Source: an uncultured delta proteobacterium
GTDB lineage: Bacteria > Myxococcota_A > Polyangia > Haliangiales > Haliangiaceae
Length of the DNA: 64,000 nucleotides
Assembly (NCBI GenBank): GCA_963848295.1
Contig: CAWKDB010000011.1
Span: 448,001 to 512,000, forward strand
Reading direction: 5' to 3'
The position numbers and the translations under genes were made by a program. The notes under the pieces are model-generated. The model had not been told where the DNA came from, searched no databases, and saw nothing but the letters and a program-made list of their open reading frames with translations. Of the stretch, positions 10,701 to 27,381 are shown piece after piece. The stretch's first letter is position 1; the number at the start of each line of letters is the position of its first letter.

Positions 10701-10992
10701 CGGTGAGATCCTCTTGCCCGGGCGGCACAGGCGCGGCCGAGCCTTCATCGATCGGTCCGGAGCGAATGTCGCACGCCTGGTAGGGCTGGGCCGATGACAC
10801 GATGGTCTGGTCGACGGTCGCCGCGCCGCCGTTCGTGATGCGCAAGCCGCCGTAGCACGCGAACGCGACGTCGATCGGCCGGTTGAAGTCGAGCTGACTC
10901 GGCGCCAGATCGGTCGTGTCATCGCACGACGCGGCTACGACCGCGGTCGTCGCGACCGCCACCACGATCGAGGCATGCACGATCCGTCTCAT
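7711..10992 (-). CDS. Large Cys-rich acidic lipoprotein (~1093 aa), function unknown
   Basis: MRRIVHASIVVAVATTAVVAASC signal and lipobox; propeller-like N-half; many CxxDxxC Cys-rich motifs. ATGA-coupled to the upstream lipoprotein. Confidence 0.75.
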   Translation of the reverse strand: MRRIVHASIVVAVATTAVVAASCDDTTDLAPSQLDFNRPIDVAFACYGGLRITNGGAATVDQTIVSSAQPYQACDIRSGPIDEGSAAPVPPGQEDLTAMMGLPLPAVQWYGFVLQSEPGTVGIVSWLTKPALEFTGGDITVQDPDPLTPGKSGIAIGELPVGIATDPIGCYLASANAGTCDMSTLDITSALDADPAVNVSQLTVMNSSGQALRAKPSAIIGTPATGTIGVQCPATATGLVYVAYPRCHLVAAVDLSSGVVKAGISYDSSGVPSIIPDVSTLSCPDECGGGVTTAGIEPSSLDLQLDPNSSRRLLAIGAPNSNAVTLVELDINNLPASLSQIAYSSQDPTSPIGITNLAITPQIGMGGSDGSINDDSAKGGQFQFVYAIATDNTVRVADILSLRKECDTQVDPRLIDSDQDVKQLSCFPVGDPATPARRPGARGPGIELVGHATPTSVAAFKVDTYPDDTRAADCADPSYCPTKLVGYFAVVTSADGASYIVNIDDDDFADYKNQSAPLSTPMSQTLAHQLRDGIQQRGLLSTEQDPSCTGSSCAQVQVCDNAGPDPDASTGNTGGPRTPVAPAATLPAGYVSNAKSGELPSIRTVECQSEIDAPNGTPISELMFSAPVAVRDLEFPDLRGLRSDETWTLTYQGDLSGDTIDTAANGPPIREAQMFVTSDGMELSDPSGPFCSTGVEPYDIVQFRGCDPTLGDSDCPLGYTCYVHPDSQITNLGACMLSYEADRLADACKEFLISLRRYTVGHATTGELVLLPRTHVLRTSPLDGCTSDAQCQMLADYALQNNSSVDPVDDTTAPDTHTWACQADANRKPGIGPDGDPLRRCIEACATDTDCDAGTVCQNGSCMEGIEPPQSCVNSSQRFELRASEAFTVTGTQSGFIHPIIADAAGNCVTDPTASPFQVGRIPLSAPACDPNADPRTGLKGDGTYDANPCSLTTNQFEVDNQFQPTTCAGPSAMLQTRAAPALRFHNRGMTLTLVDPTYPGDARCLGDRAGGLDDVPMVPDGYSLSFRQTAGFLPLTLAIAPAFPIKVVRGPSESIWVIDDGDYISTDVTLPSTEGKLFRIETIALSIINIME

Positions 10993-12350
10993 AGCGTCGT
11001 CCCCGTATCCGGAGGCAGCGGGATGCCGATGCGCAACACGACATGATCGCGGAGCGGCGACGTCGGCGACACGTCGATCACCGCGATCGTATCTTCGAGG
11101 AAGTTCGTCACGTAGATCTTCTTGCGAGTCGGTGCCGCCGTGATCGCGTACGGCCCGCGACCGACCGTGATGATGTCGATCACCGACGATAGCCCGGTCG
11201 GGTCGATGACGTAGACCTGGCCGTCTTGGAAGCACGTCGCGTACACGCGATCGCCATCCCCGGCGTCGAGGATGGTGAGCGTCGACCCGTTGCGGCAGAT
11301 ATCGGTGGCGGCGGTCAGGGCGTTCTCGGGGTAACCGCTCGGGCCGGGCGAGGTGTCGATGGTCTGCAAGCTCGCCGGGTTGCGGTTGATCATGAACAGC
11401 TTGCTGCCATCACTGTTGAACTTCATGCCGCGGGTATCGTTCGACGTGCCCGCGTTTTCGCCGACCGCGTCGAGAAAGAAGTAGTCGCCCGGGATGAGAT
11501 ATGGAGCGGCGTCGTTGAGCGGGTGCCCGACGGTAAATGTCTGGATCCGATTGTCGTTCGCGCTGCCGACGTAGACGATGTCGTTGTCGCCGCCCGACGT
11601 GCGTCCGGCGACACCAGACGAGCTGAGCAGGCCCGTCGTCATGTCGGGCTGGAAGTAGCCGCTCGCGATGTCGGCGATCGTCGCGGTGCCGCCGGCCGGC
11701 GAGTCGATCAGCGTGACGTCGCCGGTCGACAGGCTGGTGACGACCGCGAACTGGCCGAGCGAGTCGGCGTACGCGTTGAACGGCTCCGGCGGGAGCTCGC
11801 CGATGTTCGGGTTGTTCTGGACGTAGGTCAGGCGATGGGCGTCATCGCACAACGCGAACTGCGCGTCGCTCGATCCGCACGACAGCTTGCTGCCGTCGTA
11901 GTCGGCCCACGCGACCGAGGGATCGCCGCGGGTCGGGATGATCAGCCGCAGCGAGCTCGTGCCGGTCGCGGCGCCGGTGTCTTGCACCGCGATGTCGGTC
12001 GCGAAGTTGCCGACCCGGATGCCGGCGTCGGGCAGCAGGAACCCTTCGCTCGTGTCAGGGCAGATCAGGGTCTCGGTGAAGTCCTGATCCGGCGAGCAGT
12101 CCGACGGGATGATCTGGCTCTGGGTCCACTGATCGGCGATCGAATCGACGATCGACAGGTCGATCACGCTGATCGAGCCGGAGTCGTAGGTCAAGTCGGA
12201 GTTCGCGTTCGCGACGAACAGCACGGAGTCATCCGGCGCCACCGCGATCCCGGTCGGGAAGAAGATGTGGTTGTTCGGCGGCTCGACCGCATTTGCCGAG
12301 GCGGTGCAGCCGGCCAGCGCGACGCCCGTCAGCAGCACAGCGGTCCTCAT
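10989..12350 (-). CDS. YVTN/YncE-type beta-propeller lipoprotein
   Basis: Lipobox LAGC; FFPTGIAVAPDDSVLFVANANSD; ITVGRGPYAI..KIYVTNFLEDTIAVID. Confidence 0.8.
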   Translation of the reverse strand: MRTAVLLTGVALAGCTASANAVEPPNNHIFFPTGIAVAPDDSVLFVANANSDLTYDSGSISVIDLSIVDSIADQWTQSQIIPSDCSPDQDFTETLICPDTSEGFLLPDAGIRVGNFATDIAVQDTGAATGTSSLRLIIPTRGDPSVAWADYDGSKLSCGSSDAQFALCDDAHRLTYVQNNPNIGELPPEPFNAYADSLGQFAVVTSLSTGDVTLIDSPAGGTATIADIASGYFQPDMTTGLLSSSGVAGRTSGGDNDIVYVGSANDNRIQTFTVGHPLNDAAPYLIPGDYFFLDAVGENAGTSNDTRGMKFNSDGSKLFMINRNPASLQTIDTSPGPSGYPENALTAATDICRNGSTLTILDAGDGDRVYATCFQDGQVYVIDPTGLSSVIDIITVGRGPYAITAAPTRKKIYVTNFLEDTIAVIDVSPTSPLRDHVVLRIGIPLPPDTGTTL

Positions 12351-12403
12351 GGCAGCTCGCTTCGACCGGTCGTGGCCCGGTTTGGTTGCCTGAATGCCCG
12401 ATC

Positions 12404-15051
<2,648 letters not shown>

Positions 15052-15055
<4 letters not shown>

Positions 15056-17130
15056 GCGGCACCGCCGAGCTTGCGGAAGTCGCCGATCGCTTTGTACGGC
15101 GAGTAGATCGCGTCGAGCATGCCGAGTCGATTCGCGCGCAACGCCGGATCGGGATCCATGACCATGACGCCGCCCTTGTCGAAGAACGCGGACAGCTGTG
15201 GGTTGAGCTCCGCGAGGGATTTGATCGCGACCGCGTATTCGTGCGTATCTATCGAGGTGTGGACCGCGTCCTGCTTGCTGCGCCACGCAGCCCACAGCTC
15301 GCGCTCGGCGGTGGCGACCAGCTTCGCCTCGTCGACGGTCCCGGCGGCATATTTCTTGGCCGCGGCCTCGTCGAGGATGTTGCCGATCCGTTTGAACGCG
15401 ACCTTCGTCGCCGAGGGCAGGCTTTGCAGCAGCTCGGCGCGCTTCGCGACATCGCTCGGGTTGCTCGCATGCATGCCGAGTGCGCAATCGACCGCTTGCG
15501 CTTCGAGCCCGCGCTCGTCGACGAGGATCGCGCGCAGGCGTGCGGCGAAGAACTCCGCGAGCAGCTTGCGCGCGTCGTCCGACAGCCTCAGCGTCGCGTA
15601 GCCGGACGCGGCCGTGTCCACGAGACTCGAGGTCTCGAGCTTCAATTGCGGGCGATGCAGCAGGATCGCGAGCACGCCGACCGCGGCGCGGCGTAGCCCG
15701 AGCGGATCGGCGCTGCCGGTCGGCACGAGGCCGGTCGCGAAGCAGCCGACCAGCGTGTCGACCCGATCCGCGAGCGCGACGAGCGCGGCATCATCGGTCG
15801 TCGGCAGCGCCGCGCCCTGCCCTTTGGGCCACCAGTGCTGCTCGATCGCGTCGGCGACCGCGGCGGGCTCGCCGGCGAGCCGCGCGTAGTGCTTGCCCAT
15901 CACGCCTTGCAGCTCGGGGAACTCGCCGACCGCGCTCGACGCGAGGTCCGCCTTGCACAGCTCGGCCGCGCGGATCGCGGTCGCCGAGCCGCCGAGCCGC
16001 TTCACCAGCCCGGCGAGCCGGCGCACCTTGTCGCCGATCGTCTTCGCGCCATCGCCGAGCTTGGCCTGGAACACGACCCCGTCGAGCTTCGTGTTCCACT
16101 CTGCGAACGTGTGCTTGCGATCCTCGGCGAAGAAGAACTTCGCGTCACTGAGCCGCGCCGCGATCACCGTCTGGTTGCCGCGCTGGACGACTCTGGGATC
16201 CTTGACGATCGTCGCGGTCAGCGTGACGAACCGGTTCGCGAGCACGCCCGCGGCATCTTCGAGCGCAAAATACCGCTGGTGGTTGCGCATCGCGGTGACG
16301 ATGATCTCTTCCGGCACCTCGAGGAAGCTCGGATCGAACTCGCCGGCGACCGCGACCGGCCATTCGCCGAGGTTCGTGACTTCGTCGAGCAGCGCCGGAT
16401 CGGGCCGGACGCGCAGCCCGGTCTCGCGCTCGATCCGCGCGAGCTCTTGGCCGATCGCGTCGCGGCGCTCGGCGGGATCGACGACGACATGCGCCTCGCG
16501 CAGCGTCTCGACATAGCGATCGGCGCTCGCGATGTCGATCCAGCCCGACGACAGGAAGCGATGGCCGCGCGTCTTGCGACCGGCGGTGTGCCCGGCCCAG
16601 TCGAGCGCGACGACCTCGCCGCCGAACAGCGCGACCAGCCACTGCACCGGCCGGACGAACGTCGTCTCCGACCAGCCCCAGCGCATCACCTTCGGCCAAG
16701 GGATCGCGCCGGCGAGCTCGCGCAGGATCGCGGGCAACAGCGTGCGGGTCGGCTCGCCGACGACGTTGCGCGTCGCGACGACATACAGGCCCTTCTTGCC
16801 GGCGACCTCGCGCTTGTCCAGCGCGGACTCGGCGACGCCGTTCTTCGCGGCGAACCCCTGCCCGGCCTTGGTCAGCGCACCGTCGGGCGCGAACGCCGCC
16901 GACACCGGCGGACCGGTGACCTCTTCGCGCAGGTCGGGCTGGCGATCGGCCAAGCCCCGAACGACCACGGCGAGGCGGCGCGGGGTGCCATACGCGTGGA
17001 CGCTGCCGCGCGCCAGTCGCGCGGTCTGTAGCCGCGCCTCGATCAGAGCCGGCAGCTCGGCGATCGCGCGCGCGAGCATCTTCGCGGGAATCTCCTCGCA
17101 GCCGATCTCGAACAGCAGATCGCTAGCCAC
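15052..17130 (-). CDS. glyS: Glycyl-tRNA synthetase beta subunit
   Basis: [52 protein letters not shown]. Confidence 0.97.
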
Positions 17131-18094
17131 GCGCCGCTCCGATCGCACGCGCGGCCGCGAGCGCCGCCGCGTTGACCCCGGCCGATTCGGCCGCGCGATA
17201 GGCCGCCTGCGCCGGGGCCTGGAGCTCGGGCGCGAGCAGCGGGAAGCCGAGGTTCGCGCGGGTCTGGACGTTGGCATGCGCACACGCGCGCGCCATGCCG
17301 CGCACGCGGCCGATGAACCGCTGGCGCTCGGTGACACTGATCGCGCCGCGGGCGTCGAGCGAGTTGAACGCGTGGCTCGCCTTCATGCAGTTCTCGTAGG
17401 CCGGCAACACGAGCCCGGGCACGAGCAGGCGGGTGCACTCGCCTTCGAACGTGTCGAAGTTGCGAAACGCGATCTGCGGATCGAGCAGCTCGAAGTGATA
17501 CGTCGAGTACTGGCGCTCCCACTCTTTGCGCAGCTGACCGTAGGTGACGTGCTTGTCCCACTTGAGGTCGTACATGCTCGAGACGTCTTGCAGGTACATG
17601 CACAGCCGCTCGAGCCCGTAGGTCAGCTCCGCGGTCACCGGCATCAGATCGATGCCGCCCGCCTGCTGGAAGTACGTGAACTGCGTGACCTCCTGGCCAT
17701 CGCACCAGACCTCCCAGCCCAGGCCCCACGCGCCGAGCGTCGGCGATTCCCAGTCGTCTTCGACGAACCGGATGTCGTGCGCGGCGGGATCGATGCCGAT
17801 CGCGCGCAGCGACTCGAGGTAGAGGTCTTGGACCTCGAGCGGCGACGGCTTGAGCCCGACCTGGAACTGGTAATAGGCGCCGGCGCGGTTCGGGTTGTCG
17901 CCGTAGCGGCCATCGGAGGGGCGGCGGCAAAACTGCACGAACGCGGCGTTCCACGGCTCGGGGCCCAGCACGCGCAAGAACGTCGCGGGGTGAAACGTAC
18001 CAGCACCGACCTCGACATCGACCGGCTGCTCGATCACGCAGCCGCGCTCCGCCCAGAACCGCTGGAGCGTGAACATCAGGTCTTGCAGATACAT
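17123..18094 (-). CDS. glyQ: Glycyl-tRNA synthetase alpha subunit
   Basis: [54 protein letters not shown]. Confidence 0.98.
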   Translation of the reverse strand: MYLQDLMFTLQRFWAERGCVIEQPVDVEVGAGTFHPATFLRVLGPEPWNAAFVQFCRRPSDGRYGDNPNRAGAYYQFQVGLKPSPLEVQDLYLESLRAIGIDPAAHDIRFVEDDWESPTLGAWGLGWEVWCDGQEVTQFTYFQQAGGIDLMPVTAELTYGLERLCMYLQDVSSMYDLKWDKHVTYGQLRKEWERQYSTYHFELLDPQIAFRNFDTFEGECTRLLVPGLVLPAYENCMKASHAFNSLDARGAISVTERQRFIGRVRGMARACAHANVQTRANLGFPLLAPELQAPAQAAYRAAESAGVNAAALAAARAIGAARG

Positions 18095-18195
18095 GGACCG
18101 CGCGGGACCCTACCCGCGCCCGCCGATCTGGTCAAGCGTCGGCGCTTAGCTAAGTCCCCGTAGTCTCTTGACGATCTTGGCGTGCGACAGCTACG

Positions 18196-18726
18196 GTGAA
18201 ACGCATGGTCCGCGAGCTCTTGGTCCCTGCGCTCGTGGCGGCGATCGCCCCCCTGGCGGGTTGTTCGCTGATCCTCGACTTCTCGCCGAAAGCGGTGCCG
18301 ATCGACGCCGCGATCGACGCGGTCTACTCGCAAGACGAGTGCGACTACAAAGAGCCGAACGATACGCTCGCGACCGCCGCGCTCGTCGTGCCCGGAGACA
18401 CCGGACCGGCCGCGGTGTGCGCGAATGCCGGCGGCACTGAAGACGACGACTACTACCAGTTCGTGGTGCCCGCCGGGACCACCACCGTGACGATCACCCT
18501 CGACTTCACCGAGCGGCCAGGCGGGGACCTGGATCTCCGGCTGTTCGACACGAGCAACGGCTCGATGGTCTCGGAGTCGGTCGGGTTCGGCGACGAAGAG
18601 AAGATCGTGTGCCCCGGGACTTCGCCATCGTGCGTGAGCCTGATGGCCGGCACCTACGCGTTCGAGGTGTTCCCCGGCGAGCCGGGCGCGGTCAACGACT
18701 ACACGTTCTCGCTGGCCGTCCAGTAA
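18196..18726 (+). CDS. Lipoprotein with PPC (pre-peptidase C-terminal-like) domain
   Basis: Lipobox LAGC; EPNDT..A, DDDYYQF, GDLDLRLFD, GTYAFEV. Confidence 0.75.
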   Translation: MKRMVRELLVPALVAAIAPLAGCSLILDFSPKAVPIDAAIDAVYSQDECDYKEPNDTLATAALVVPGDTGPAAVCANAGGTEDDDYYQFVVPAGTTTVTITLDFTERPGGDLDLRLFDTSNGSMVSESVGFGDEEKIVCPGTSPSCVSLMAGTYAFEVFPGEPGAVNDYTFSLAVQ

Positions 18727-18741
18727 CCGCGATCGATTGTC

Positions 18742-19851
18742 TTATTGCCGGTAGTGCAGCGTGAAGCCGACGCGCTCGAGCGCGTGCGGCGGGATCGAGA
18801 CCTTCTCGCGCACGAGCTCGCCGACGACCTCCGGCTTGTGCGGCCACGATCGCTCGATGCCGGCGAGCTCGACCGCGCGCAACGGCTCTTCGATCCAGAC
18901 CTCGCGCGTGGTCTCGCCTTCGTTCGAGATCGAGAACATCAGGCGATCGACGAGCGAGAGCTCGGTCGGCCCCTCGTTCGTGCGCTCCCGCGCCGCGTGC
19001 ATGGCGCCGTCGCTCCACAGATCGAAGCGCACCGCGTTCGCGACGAGGTGGTGGCGCGCGATCGGGACGTGGACATCGCGCTCGGGCTCGTCGGGCTGCG
19101 CGACGTGAACGTAGGCCTCGCCCGGCGCCAGCCGAGCGTTCGGCAAGTCGAGCACGACCCAGACATCGCTCGTCGCGTCCGGCCCCCAAGCGTGTGCCGT
19201 CGAACCCGCGGAGGTCGGAGCGACGTTCGCACCGGCGTAGACCCGGCGCACGGTCGCGACCGTTCCGATCGGCGCAGCGACGAGCACCGAGGTCGAGCCG
19301 TCGAGCGTGATCGAGCCGCGCGCGACCAGCGTCGGCGGTTCGCCGCCGGGGACGCCATCGTACAACGCGACGTCGGCGCGCACGCCATGCCACGACGGTG
19401 TGGCGATCGCGTAGTGGGACGTCACCACCGCATGATCCCCGGCGACCGCGATCCAATGCTCGGCGCGATATGCGATCGCTTTGGACGTGTAGACCAAGCG
19501 CACGAGGTGGCGCCCGCGACCCGCTGTGACCGCGCAGCGCACTTCACCGATCGGCGTCGGAAGCTCGACCGGGAGGCCATCGCGCGAGCACGCACCGATC
19601 GCGACGTGGCCGCCGATCGGCACGATCTCGAGTGACGCGAGCTCGGCGCCGGGATCGACGTCGGACAGCACGAGCTCGTTGCCCGCGATGTCGACCTCCC
19701 GGCGGTCTTCGACGATCGCGTAGCCCTCGGGGCTGCCGCCGGACCCGGTGTGCTCGTAGATCGCGATCGAGATGCCGGCGGACGCGTGACTCGAGGCGAG
19801 CGTGTCGCGCTGCGCGCACGCGGCGAGCACGAGCAACACCGAGACGCGCAC
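18742..19851 (-). CDS. Exported hypothetical protein, possibly divergent DUF4139-like
   Basis: Lipobox-like LAAC; ISIAIY..GYAIVEDRR N-terminus and ISNEG..REVWIEE C-terminus resemble DUF4139 proteins. Confidence 0.5.
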   Translation of the reverse strand: MRVSVLLVLAACAQRDTLASSHASAGISIAIYEHTGSGGSPEGYAIVEDRREVDIAGNELVLSDVDPGAELASLEIVPIGGHVAIGACSRDGLPVELPTPIGEVRCAVTAGRGRHLVRLVYTSKAIAYRAEHWIAVAGDHAVVTSHYAIATPSWHGVRADVALYDGVPGGEPPTLVARGSITLDGSTSVLVAAPIGTVATVRRVYAGANVAPTSAGSTAHAWGPDATSDVWVVLDLPNARLAPGEAYVHVAQPDEPERDVHVPIARHHLVANAVRFDLWSDGAMHAARERTNEGPTELSLVDRLMFSISNEGETTREVWIEEPLRAVELAGIERSWPHKPEVVGELVREKVSIPPHALERVGFTLHYRQ

Positions 19852-19852
19852 G

Positions 19853-20833
19853 CTACTCCTCGGCGGCGACCGAGTCGCCGATCAACGCCGCAGCGTCGCG
19901 CGAATCGATCTTGCCGCTGAGAATCCCGGCGATGCCGGCGAGCACGGGCATCCGCACGCGCAACGACGCCGCGAGCTCGCTCCCCGCGATCGCCGCGCGC
20001 GCGCCTTCGGCCCGGTCTCCGTCGGGGCGCTTGCCCTCCGCGAGCCTCTTGCCGAGCGCGTAGTCCGCGGAGCGATCGCTCGCGCGCACGAGCAAGTTGC
20101 CGAGACCGGACAGCCCGGCGAACGTGCGCGCTTCGGCGCCCGCCGCGACGCCCAACCGCGAAGCCTCGGCGACCGCGCGAGTCACGAGCACCGCGCGCGG
20201 TCCGTCGCCCATGCCCAGGCCGTCGCACAACCCGAGCGCGACGGTGTACGCGCCGGCGAGCGCCGACGCGAGCTCGACGCCGGCGAGATCCTTCGAGCCA
20301 TAGACGCGCAACGCCGGCGGCGCGTTGACGAGCCGGCGGGTCTCGGCGATGACCTCCGCGAAGTGCGACGCGACGACCATCGACGCGAACTTGCCCTCGG
20401 CGAGGTCATCGGGCAACGCGGGGCCGGCGAGCGCGCCGACTTTGAGCGTCGGCAAGCCTTGCAACATGACCTCGGACACGCGCTCGTTGTTCGGCGCGGC
20501 GAGCGCGCCGATCGCGTGGACCACGATATGACTGCCGTCGAGATAGTTGCCGAGCTCGCGCGCGCGTTCGCGGACATCGCTCGACGTCACCGCGAGCACC
20601 AGGAACCGCGCTTCGTTCGCGAGCCGCCGGACATCGGTCGTGGGCTCGAGCGGCGGCGGCAGCACCGCGGCCGGCAAGCGCGGGCAATGCCGGGTGCGCG
20701 CGATCGCGTCGACCACGGCGGCGTCGCGCGACCACAGGATCACGTGGCGGCCGGCGCGCGCGAGCACCGACGCGAGCGCGGTGCCGAACTGACCGGCGCC
20801 GACGATGCCGATCGCGTCTGCACGCTCGCTCAC
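19853..20833 (-). CDS. gpsA: NAD(P)H-dependent glycerol-3-phosphate dehydrogenase
   Basis: IGIVGAGQFGTALA Rossmann motif, LAGP, DLAGVEL, TFAGLSGLGNL, AEG. The usual catalytic LKN reads LAG, so it may be a divergent paralogue. Confidence 0.8.
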   Translation of the reverse strand: MSERADAIGIVGAGQFGTALASVLARAGRHVILWSRDAAVVDAIARTRHCPRLPAAVLPPPLEPTTDVRRLANEARFLVLAVTSSDVRERARELGNYLDGSHIVVHAIGALAAPNNERVSEVMLQGLPTLKVGALAGPALPDDLAEGKFASMVVASHFAEVIAETRRLVNAPPALRVYGSKDLAGVELASALAGAYTVALGLCDGLGMGDGPRAVLVTRAVAEASRLGVAAGAEARTFAGLSGLGNLLVRASDRSADYALGKRLAEGKRPDGDRAEGARAAIAGSELAASLRVRMPVLAGIAGILSGKIDSRDAAALIGDSVAAEE

Positions 20834-20855
20834 ACGATCTCCGGCTCGTGGACGA

Positions 20856-20889
20856 GGACGTGCACGTGACACGTGACACGTGCACGTCC
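20856..20889. repeat. Perfect 13-bp inverted repeat built of CACGTG units (REP-like hairpin)
   Basis: GGACGTGCACGTG-ACACGTGA-CACGTGCACGTCC in the plsB-like/gpsA intergenic gap. Confidence 0.85.
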
Positions 20890-20900
20890 ACAGTTTGGGC

Positions 20901-22517
<1,617 letters not shown>

Positions 22518-22713
22518 AGGGGGGTCATATCACGCACGTTCACGAGCGGATCTCTCGGTAGGCTCTTGCGTCGCAAAATCGGGTATGCTGATGATTACTC
22601 AAGCGGAGCGGGCGTCGGCCAGTCGACGCTCGGCGGTCGGTGGATCGAGGGACTAGCGACACGGGTCGCGGGTCTAGTTGGACGATTCATCGCCGGACCC
22701 GGTGCGAGTGAAG

Positions 22714-25771
<3,058 letters not shown>

Positions 25772-26123
25772 GAAATTGATCAATTGATCAATTGATCAAT
25801 TGATCAATTGATCAACAGGCAACAGGCAACAGGCAATTGAAGGTGCGGGCTGCGCGGCGGTTGTCGTACGGAGCCTGGCGATCAGAAGACAGGGACCGGG
25901 AGCCGAGCATCCGACCTCCCTGGGTCGACTGCCGATCGTCACCGGGTCTTCTCCGGACGACCGCCGCGAAGCGCCGCTCCGCCGATGCCCCCGGCGGGCA
26001 GCGGCGCCCTGTTCCCTGTTTTCTGATCGTCAGGTTCTGCGCGTTCCGTACAACAACCCGCCGCGCTAGCGGCGCTCCGCCATTGCCCGTTGCCTGTTGC
26101 CTGTTGATCCATTGATCAATTTC
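25772..26123. repeat. ~350-bp fold-back (long imperfect inverted repeat) element with tandem-repeat termini; MITE-like element or structured RNA
   Basis: Left end (AATTGATC)5(AACAGGC)3; right end is the reverse complement GCCCGTT(GCCTGTT)2GATCCATTGATCAATTTC. Inner arms 25852-25905 and 26002-26066 are also complementary. Confidence 0.85.
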
Positions 26124-26166
26124 CGAACTCCCTCGACGTAACCTCTTTCCCCAAGTAGCCTTAGCT

Positions 26167-26655
26167 GTGCTCGATTGGCTCGGTTCCGTTCGTATCCGCG
26201 CGCAACGCGAAGGTCGCGTCGAGCTCGCGCTGACGCGCGCGACCGGGTGGACCGGTTGGGCCATCGCCGCGGCCGGCGTGCGGGTCGTGCTGGTCGGTGG
26301 CCTGATGGCTCACGCGCTCGGGATCGTCATGCTGTTCCTCGGCGTGCTGCTCGGGACGCTGCGCCGCCGGCTCGTGTTCGATCGCGACGCTGGGCTGATG
26401 CGCAGCGAGCAGCGCATCCTAGGCATTCGCCGGCGCGCTGCCGTGCCGTTGTTCCACCTGCGTGCGGTCGTCGTCGAGGCGCGCGCCGGAGGCATGTACG
26501 TCGCTTACGTCGAGCGCCGGATCGGCGGCTCGATCCATCTCGACGAGGCGCGCAAGCCGGCGCCGCTGCTCGCGCTGGCCGAAGCGATCGCCGAAGTGGC
26601 GGAGCTCCGCCTCGTTTACGACGCTACGACGCGCGTCGCCGATCAGCACGGCTGA
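26167..26655 (+). CDS. Hypothetical membrane protein (2 TM plus PH-like soluble domain)
   Basis: Two hydrophobic segments followed by a beta-rich region. Confidence 0.6.
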   Translation: MLDWLGSVRIRAQREGRVELALTRATGWTGWAIAAAGVRVVLVGGLMAHALGIVMLFLGVLLGTLRRRLVFDRDAGLMRSEQRILGIRRRAAVPLFHLRAVVVEARAGGMYVAYVERRIGGSIHLDEARKPAPLLALAEAIAEVAELRLVYDATTRVADQHG

Positions 26656-26710
26656 TTGCGGGCGATCTAGCTCGCTGCACGGCTCCGAGATTTGCTACCG
26701 TTCGCGGCGG

Positions 26711-27328
26711 ATGCGCCGGATCTGGGTCTTGTTGCTCTGCGCCGCGTGCAAGAACGACGGCTCGGCGGCTCCCACCGAAAAGCCGACGCCGCCGCGCAAG
26801 ATGGCCGGCGTCGAGCCTAACAACTTCAAGTGCGACAGCATCGCTAAGCCCGACGTGCTCGGGCAGCTGCTCGGTGGCGTCGCTCACCCGATGGACTCGG
26901 GCTCGGCGATCCCGGCCGGCGTGCCGCATCCGTGCGCGTACCTCATCGACACCCAGCCGCAAGAAGTGTGGACGTTCGACTTCGACTGCCGCGATGGCTA
27001 CAAACAACGCGCCGATGCGTTGTTCGAGCAGTATCGCAACGACAGCTCGGCGATGGTCGGCGAGTACAATCGGCTCGCCGATGCCGGGGGGATCAAACCG
27101 AACGACGCCGGCGTCGTCAGTCGCCCGCCCGACGTCGCCGCCGAGGTCGCGGTCGGCGCGAAAGGCCTCGACCATCACGGCCAGGGGCTGATCTTCATCG
27201 ACGACGACGCGCCGTGCTACGTGCGCGTGATCGGGCCCGACGCCGCCAAGCGACTCGCTCTCGCCCAGCTGATCGCGAAGAACCTGACGTTCGAGAACGC
27301 GCCGATGTCTCCGCGTCCGATCAAGTGA
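26711..27328 (+). CDS. Hypothetical lipoprotein
   Basis: MRRIWVLLLCAAC lipobox; typical codon usage. Confidence 0.7.
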   Translation: MRRIWVLLLCAACKNDGSAAPTEKPTPPRKMAGVEPNNFKCDSIAKPDVLGQLLGGVAHPMDSGSAIPAGVPHPCAYLIDTQPQEVWTFDFDCRDGYKQRADALFEQYRNDSSAMVGEYNRLADAGGIKPNDAGVVSRPPDVAAEVAVGAKGLDHHGQGLIFIDDDAPCYVRVIGPDAAKRLALAQLIAKNLTFENAPMSPRPIK

Positions 27329-27381
27329 GCTGACATGAGGCCGGCGTGGCTCGTCGCGTTGCTCGCGCTGGCCGAGGCGCG

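Noticed and set aside
25772..25840. AT-rich GATC-containing repeats as a replication origin or CRISPR array
   Set aside because: No DnaA boxes or dnaA/rep gene nearby. The units are 7-8 bp and contiguous with no spacers, and there are no cas genes.
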